Shown here: positions 56,961 to 64,000 of the stretch, one piece after another
Layout: each line of letters begins with the position of its first letter
Position numbering within the stretch: the stretch's first letter is position 1
From: the human T2T-CHM13v2.0 reference genome, Homo sapiens
DNA: 64,000 nucleotides
NCBI RefSeq assembly: GCF_009914755.1
Contig: NC_060929.1
Strand: one strand, 5' to 3'
Program-made: the position numbers and the translations under genes
Notes under the pieces: generated by a model
Database searches by the model: none
Told to the model about the DNA's origin: nothing
What the model saw: only the letters and a program-made list of their open reading frames with translations

Positions 56961-58689
56961 GTTTCTTCTGTTTTTCTGAGGCAGTATAGAAGATTTTACA
57001 TATATGTAGTCAGAGAACTTGAGTTGGTTAAGCAATCCAAAGTCAGGAATCTAGGGACTTCATAATATATTTCTAAATATCAACTACAAATATGTGTTTA
57101 ATAAGAAGCCGCTACTGGATGAATCCAATTCATTATATTTCTGACCAAAAAAAAGTCAAATCATTCTGTCACTTACATAACTCACCTAAGCACTTGGTTC
57201 TAAGTCAGTATCGAAGATTAAACTTTTTAAATTGTAAGGTTTTATGAATACAATGATGACTTCCATACTTGTCACATCAAGGTATGTGTGTAAGTGTAGA
57301 TAAGTTTACAGACTATTTCCTATAGAAATTTAATAGGATAAATATATGCATGGAAATTGACCAATGGGCAAGTGCTAGTTTATCTGTCATCTTTATTCAG
57401 TTAAAAGTTGAAATTATTTTTCTTGTTACAATGAAACAAAATTCAAATGTACTAAAAAACAAAATGTGCATTACACGTAAATACTGGGTTTACACAACGC
57501 ATTTTCTGGAGATTAGTTAATGCATGAAGGATACCAAGGCACAATTTACAAATGTACATTTATTAGGAGACATCTAGAAAATGATCACAAGAGGGCACTC
57601 TTAATTAGAACTGAATCCAATGAGGACATCTTAGAGAAAGATTTCACCACTCCAATAGAAATGAGATAAGGATCAGTTATTGACAATTCCAAATTATTTT
57701 ATGAAACACAATCATCTATAACTAGTAGGTCACCATTAATATGCTCATTGAAAATAAAACTCAATTTCCTCTTTGTCAAGGCCCTCCTTAACAGGATCTC
57801 CAACACAAATCCTTCAGACTCTGATGTTTTGTTCTCCTACTCTTACTGTTAGTCTCTCCAGAGTAGTCTGCCTTATCACTGTCATTATTTTTCCACCTCC
57901 ACATTTCACACAACTGAAGCCACAGTTCCTATCAAGGTATTGCTTGTAAACTCAATTTTCTAAAATATTTTCAGAAGAATAAAAAAAAAAAAGTGACTCA
58001 TTTTGCATCAGAAAAGCTTTGCACCTTAGAACCTCACCGTTTTTACCTCTAGTGAGGTGGCTTAGAATGAGCAATTTGAAGAGTAGTGATTTCTCTATGC
58101 TAAAACAATATAAACTGAAAGTATCACATCAAGTGTCTTAGATCATTTGAATTGAGATATATGCAGATAAAGTCAAGATGATAGAGGCAGAGAGGCCCAC
58201 AAAACATGGTAATTAGTCAAGTTCTTAAGGCAGTAAGTAATAATTAAATAACAGGTGAAATAATAAATTATGCTATAAAGTGAATCAGATGAGAAGAGGC
58301 CTGTTAATAATGTGAAGGGTAGATCAGAGCGCAGCTGAATCACCAAAACAATGAAGCACTAGATTTGGAAACAACCAAACAGGCTATTGGAATGAACTAG
58401 ACTGTATTCAGAAAACAATAAGACGTAACTGCCATAAATGCTGTGCCCAAGAAGGTCTAAGGCTACCAGAAAAACTCTCTGAGGAAGGCAGGACGTTATT
58501 GTTTCCTGTAGGATTCTATGACTCCATACTCGCCTAAGTTTTCTTCCTACTTTATAGATCATTTTTTCTTAATTTAATTTGCTGGTATATTCTAGCATAT
58601 CTAGTATATCTAGTTTTCTAGTATCTTTCTGCTCTATCAGACTCCACAAAATAAGGTTTTCAGGACTTAAATTAAGGGCTAGATTCTCT

Positions 58690-59720
58690 CTTCAGGCTAG
58701 ACTCCATTCCCTGGAGATCCCATTCACTTGAATTATTTTCAGTGTCATGGATGTCATGATGAAACCGCTTTACATCCCTGGGGTTGATCTTTTCTCTGAG
58801 CATGAGATGTGTACATCTGACTGCTTTCTTGGCATCTGTACTTGGAAGTACCATGGGAATGTCCAAATTAACATGTGGCAAGAAAAATTTTTTATTCCTG
58901 AATCAATCTCTTTTTTTCCTCCTCCCAAAACCCAGCGTCCTATGTGCTAATGCTATGAGAGGAGAGCATTTGCTTCCCTCTATTCCCTGTATTCCGCATA
59001 GCCAATTAATCCCAAAGTTCATGGTTTATATCATAAACTTCCCTCAAATTAGTCCACTTGTCTTCATCTCTACTCCAGCCCCCTTGAGCCGATGCCCTAA
59101 TCTAAATAGCACCTTAATTTTTATACTCTTTCTTTTACTCCATCTCATCAACAAATAGTTGTTGGAGTCATACTTGGTGAATATGCACCTCATTATGTCA
59201 GTCTGCATGATGAATAATATTTCAGTGGCTTCCTTTTGCATTTAAAACAAAACTAAATGATCATGGCCTATATGATCCTGCATGATGTTTTCCTCAGCAC
59301 ACAATTCTAACCTCATTTTGTTCTACATAGAATGTTCTCAAATACTTGAAGCTTATACAATTTTACACTTATACTCTGCAGAGCATTTGCGCAAGATGTT
59401 CCTCAACCTGTAGAATTATTGTACCAGAATTTCATGTGTCTGGCTTATTTTCATCCTTTGATGCCCAGTTCAAACAGTTCTTCAGAGATGCAGTATACAT
59501 AAAGTTCATCCACTGCATCTGAAGTACTTTCAATTAACCATAATAACAAAATCCTATTTATTGCCTTCAAAGCACTTACCTAAATTTTAATTTAGTAATT
59601 TGTTTAATTGCTTCTTTTCTACTCACCCAGGCTCCTTTAGACTCTGAACTACAGGGAACTGTGTCTTATTTATCACGATTTAGCCAAAACTCAAAAGAGT
59701 ACTGAGAACATAGCATTGCG
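58690..59720 (+). mobile_element. L2 LINE fragment
   Basis: tttctctgagcatgagatgtgtacatctgactgc...ttcagtggcttcc...tcatggcctatatgatcctgcatga...cagggaactgtgtcttattt. Confidence 0.7.
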
Positions 59721-61214
59721 AATATAGTCCCTATACAATAATATCAAAAGGCAGTAGATAGTCAATAAAGTTGCTGAGATCATGGATTTGGGAATCTGGA
59801 AAGTCTTATTTGATAATCTCAACATTTTAACTCTCTAGAATGTCTTCTCTTGAAATTATCTCTGAGAGAAATTTCCTCTGAACGTGTTTATTTAAAAAAA
59901 GAACCATGCTATGTGAAATTATGGACATACTGTTCAATGATTTCCTTCCTCATAATATTGATCTAACAATACTACCCACCTGATTGGCTTAGTGGAAGAA
60001 CAAAATGAAATTGTTTTAAGAGTTCACTACAATAGGAACTGCACAAATTAAGCACTGAATGAGTATTTTTCTTGATGCTGATGACAACAGTTGTAAGATT
60101 AACATGACCTGTCCTGGTGACTTTCCTCAGAATAAGTTGTGGGTATCAGAGTCAGCTTCATGGATGTGCTACTTGTTAGTCGAACCAACCTCTCACCTAC
60201 TAGGGTCATTCTTAGTGTAATGCTCTGCTGTTGCAATCTTGAAAATCTTAATAATTTTAAGCAACAGACATGGCATTTTCATTTTGCATTGTGCTCCACA
60301 AATTACGTAGCCAGTCCTAGTTGGCATAACATCAAGTTCTGCTTCAAAAACATTCTTTCTATTTGCTAAAGCAATGTGGGACAGGCATGTCACAACAAGA
60401 CGATGTTCATCATATAAATAATTATTGTTTTTCTTTCCTTTGGTAGCTGTGAAGCTTATATCTAAATTTATCGCTTAGTTTGTACAGTTTTGCAGGAGGC
60501 CTTGGTAATACATTTGTGTGCACTAACTTCACCAAAAGAGTTCTTTTACTCTTCTGTATTATTTTCTGATTTATTTGATACTTTTCCTATTTTATGTCTT
60601 CATAAAATTTGTAGTGCCTCCTGGAATCAAACTATTGATTAAAAAAGTGTTTTTTTTTAAATTCTCACTTTTTCATTTTAAGTTTTTCTTTATATATGTG
60701 TATACATGTATAATATATATGTGTATATGTATGTATGTATATTTCACACTTCCCCTGAGCTTGAGTTGAATATACGTCTGTGCTGTAATGCTGATAAGCC
60801 CTCCTCAACAGTACATGGCTTGAATAAGAGAAAATAAGGAATAAATTAGCTGTTAATCAGACCACCAATTTTACCACAATCAATAGACATGAAAGAAAGA
60901 ACCTCAGGGTTTTTGTTAGCTAATTGGTTGGTTTTCCCTAGCAAAGAAATGCAATTTTTTTCACCTGAGTGACTAAGGGCACAGGGGAACAGCCTTGTCT
61001 AGAGTTCCCGGGAGAGTCATCCAGATCGCCAGAGAAGCCTAAGAATCTTAATCTATTATTACCATAAGGTACCATTATTATGTAACTAATCACTATTTGA
61101 TTTACCATTCTTAAAGACATTATCATCAACCTAGTACTTATTAAAATGGGAATTAGGAAATTTTTTTCATAAAGAGATAGATAGTAAATAATTATGAGAC
61201 ATCCTCCCTTTCTT

Positions 61215-61350
61215 GCAACTACTCAACTCTGTTGTGGTAGCCCAAAAGCAACCCTGAACAATATGTAAATGAAAGGGAATGCCTGTGTTCCAATAAAACT
61301 TTATTTACAAATACAGATGACTGAGAGTGAGTTATGGCTTGCGCGGAAGG
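61215..61350 (-). mobile_element. MER58A fragment
   Basis: caactactcaactctg...gtaaatgaaagggaatgcctgtgttccaataaaactttatttacaaa. Confidence 0.8.
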
Positions 61351-62461
61351 ACTTTTTAAATTAATTGGTCTCTGTATTACAGTGTTTACATCAGTATACA
61401 AGGCAAGGGTATAAAATAATAAATATTTTAAAGGCAGCCAAAACTTAAAAATCATCAGTGTTCTTAACACTAGCCATTTGGGTAGGAAAGAGCATATATG
61501 TATATTCTCTCAATAGCCATAACTATGAACATATTTGAGACTGATAATCTGAAACTGACCACTCAAGAGAATTCATTTCACTACCTTATAGTAAAGCTAC
61601 ATGTGGTTCAGAAAACACTATTACCCTGCTTAATGGCACATTTCTTTATCCAAAATTGACTAGTATGAATTTGTCCAATTTGAAAAATCAACTCTTCCAT
61701 GAAGGTGAAAGACTGATTACGATTGAATCTCCAAAGATATGTTTTAATTTAAAATCAATTCAATGTAATTTAGAGTCAAATCTTGTTTATTCCTCATTTG
61801 CATCTATTCAAATGAAAACAATGAGAATACATTTATAGCTATTTTTGTGGCAAAGGTGAGAAAAAAAGTTATATCCATATGGATAATGTAAGGTTAATAT
61901 GTGAAGAGTCAGGAAGAGTTACCATAATTGCACAGGTCATGAGAAGTAAAGGCAAGAAATGTAGAATATGGGCAATTTCACCACTGTTTTTCCAAGAAGA
62001 AAGTTTATGGTAAGTTGGCTGTAACTTCGGGTCCGAGCTGGCAAATAAAAAAATTGAAAATCCTCTAAAAATATCTTAAAGGACAGAAATGACAGAGGAC
62101 TATGTTTGGAGTAGAACAAGGATGATTGGCAATGAAGCATGTAAGGAGGAGTTGGTTGGGTTGTGTCAAAATCAAACTTTTGTAAATGTCTTTATTTAAT
62201 GAGAAAACATCTTACTTATGATATACCTATTTCCTAAAAATATTTTCTGAGTTATTTGAGTTTCAATTATTCAGAGGCAAGGCCCAATTCTTGGCAAGCC
62301 TTGCCAAGAATTTGAAAATCTGAAAATTAAGAATTAAGAATTAATCTTTGCCAAAGAAAACCAGTAAATTGGTATTCTTTGAGTCTTCCAGGCTTGTAAG
62401 ATATTTTAGTTAGTGGTCTTTATTCAAGAAGTGTTTCAATGCATATCATTGCTTTCAAAAG

Positions 62462-62462
<1 letters not shown>

Positions 62463-62503
<41 letters not shown>
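62463..62503. repeat. (TG)n microsatellite
   Basis: Pure TG run. Confidence 0.95.
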
Positions 62504-62508
<5 letters not shown>

Positions 62509-62673
62509 ATTTGGGATAAAGAGGAAAGTAAAAACGAAATTTTAAAGATAATGAGTAAAATAAATTGTGTTTTAGATTCTAATAGTGTAATCCTAGAGAT
62601 TATATTTGTCACTTCAACGTTGTTTTATGGATATTCTATCAGTGACTTCCAGACTGACAAAATCTTCTTTCAG

Positions 62674-62760
62674 AGCCTGAAACTCACACAAGATACTTAA
62701 TGTAAATTACACATATATTTGAAAATATGTCTTTATTGTCTCTATGAAAAAGCACACCTG
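62674..62760 (+). other. Candidate 87-nt plus-strand exon
   Basis: ctgac branch-like motif plus tcttctttcag| acceptor; donor CTG|GTAAGT at 62761. Confidence 0.35.
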
Positions 62761-62805
62761 GTAAGTTTCTTTGATGGAGAAGTTAATGCTTAAAAGCAAA
62801 GCTCT

Positions 62806-63129
<324 letters not shown>

Positions 63130-64000
63130 TCATTCATGAGTTCCCAAAATAAGTCTCACACATTTTTTTGCCACCTGTGCTCCAAGTCAGTTGATTTTTA
63201 CTCAGCCAGCAAATGTCTATAATGCTTTGTAACTTCTCTCCCAGTCTTACTCTCCCTTAGTGAGATCTCTACTCAAAGATATTTCACTCACAATAACATG
63301 TGAATTTCTGCGTGGATTCCAAACACTATTTTTACAATGTGGCTGAAATGCGAGGTCCCAGTGGACCCCAGGATCATAACCCCACATCTATGACTAAGTG
63401 ATTAGGTCTTAAACTCAGCAGACTATAGCTGAAGGCTGTTGTCTGTTTTACTCATAAATATCAGTGCTTTACTCTGACCTCATGCTTTTTGAATATTTTC
63501 AGATTTCTCCTATATATTTTGAGAATCCTGCATTAATATTTATAAACTGTTACATAGAAGAGTGTATAGAAGGGAAGGAGTTAGACAAATATTTTATATC
63601 ATTAAAAATTTATGGTAAGAGGGAGTCACTTTGAACCATTATTCAATTAAATAGGATATGTATTTCTCCTTGTTTCAAACAGGGATCAGTCAAACATCTT
63701 GAATTTTGACTCACCTGATGTTTATTTCTTTGATGCGTTCCTGACAAATTCTATATTCTAAGATCGAGCAAGGCGGTTTTGCTTGCTAATTAACAAAATG
63801 ATAAAATAAAATTGTGTGTGTGTGCGTGTATTTCCACAAAGTGATCTAGGAGAGGAAGTAGCAGCTTATTTCCTGACGAGGCAAGCATTAATGTTTGTCG
63901 CTTAAATCTGACCTTCCCTATTTGTGATTGAGGGTTTAAATAATTTTTGTAAGATAGGACAGCAATATCATCTTACTACGTTAAAGACACCTATTAGTCA

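Overview
AT-rich, repeat-dense primate (most likely human) genomic DNA, as shown by 17 Alu-family SINEs (J, S and Y-type, plus a FLAM-like monomer) alongside L1, L2, MIR, MaLR/ERVL LTR elements and hAT-Charlie MER fossils. I recognise no protein-coding exon, and almost all ORFs in the track are Alu-, L1- or microsatellite-derived or chance frames. The one clear functional landmark is a small CpG/GC-rich promoter at about 20.6-21.3 kb with CCAAT and GC boxes. It carries a strong minus-strand splice donor (probable non-coding first exon of a leftward gene I cannot name; 1-20.7 kb would be its first intron) and a strong plus-strand donor 80 bp away, suggesting an overlapping antisense transcript with candidate downstream exons and a possible spliced short ORF. 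Other notable structures are a two-segment locally templated insertion at 17.24-17.31 kb, an old 165-bp local duplication, a nested LTR16/ERVL provirus containing a twin-primed L1, a tandem-like MaLR provirus and two perfect 13-bp-arm palindromes. Repeat subfamilies and boundaries were called by eye from remembered consensus sequences and are approximate. I see no evidence of a novel multi-gene system.
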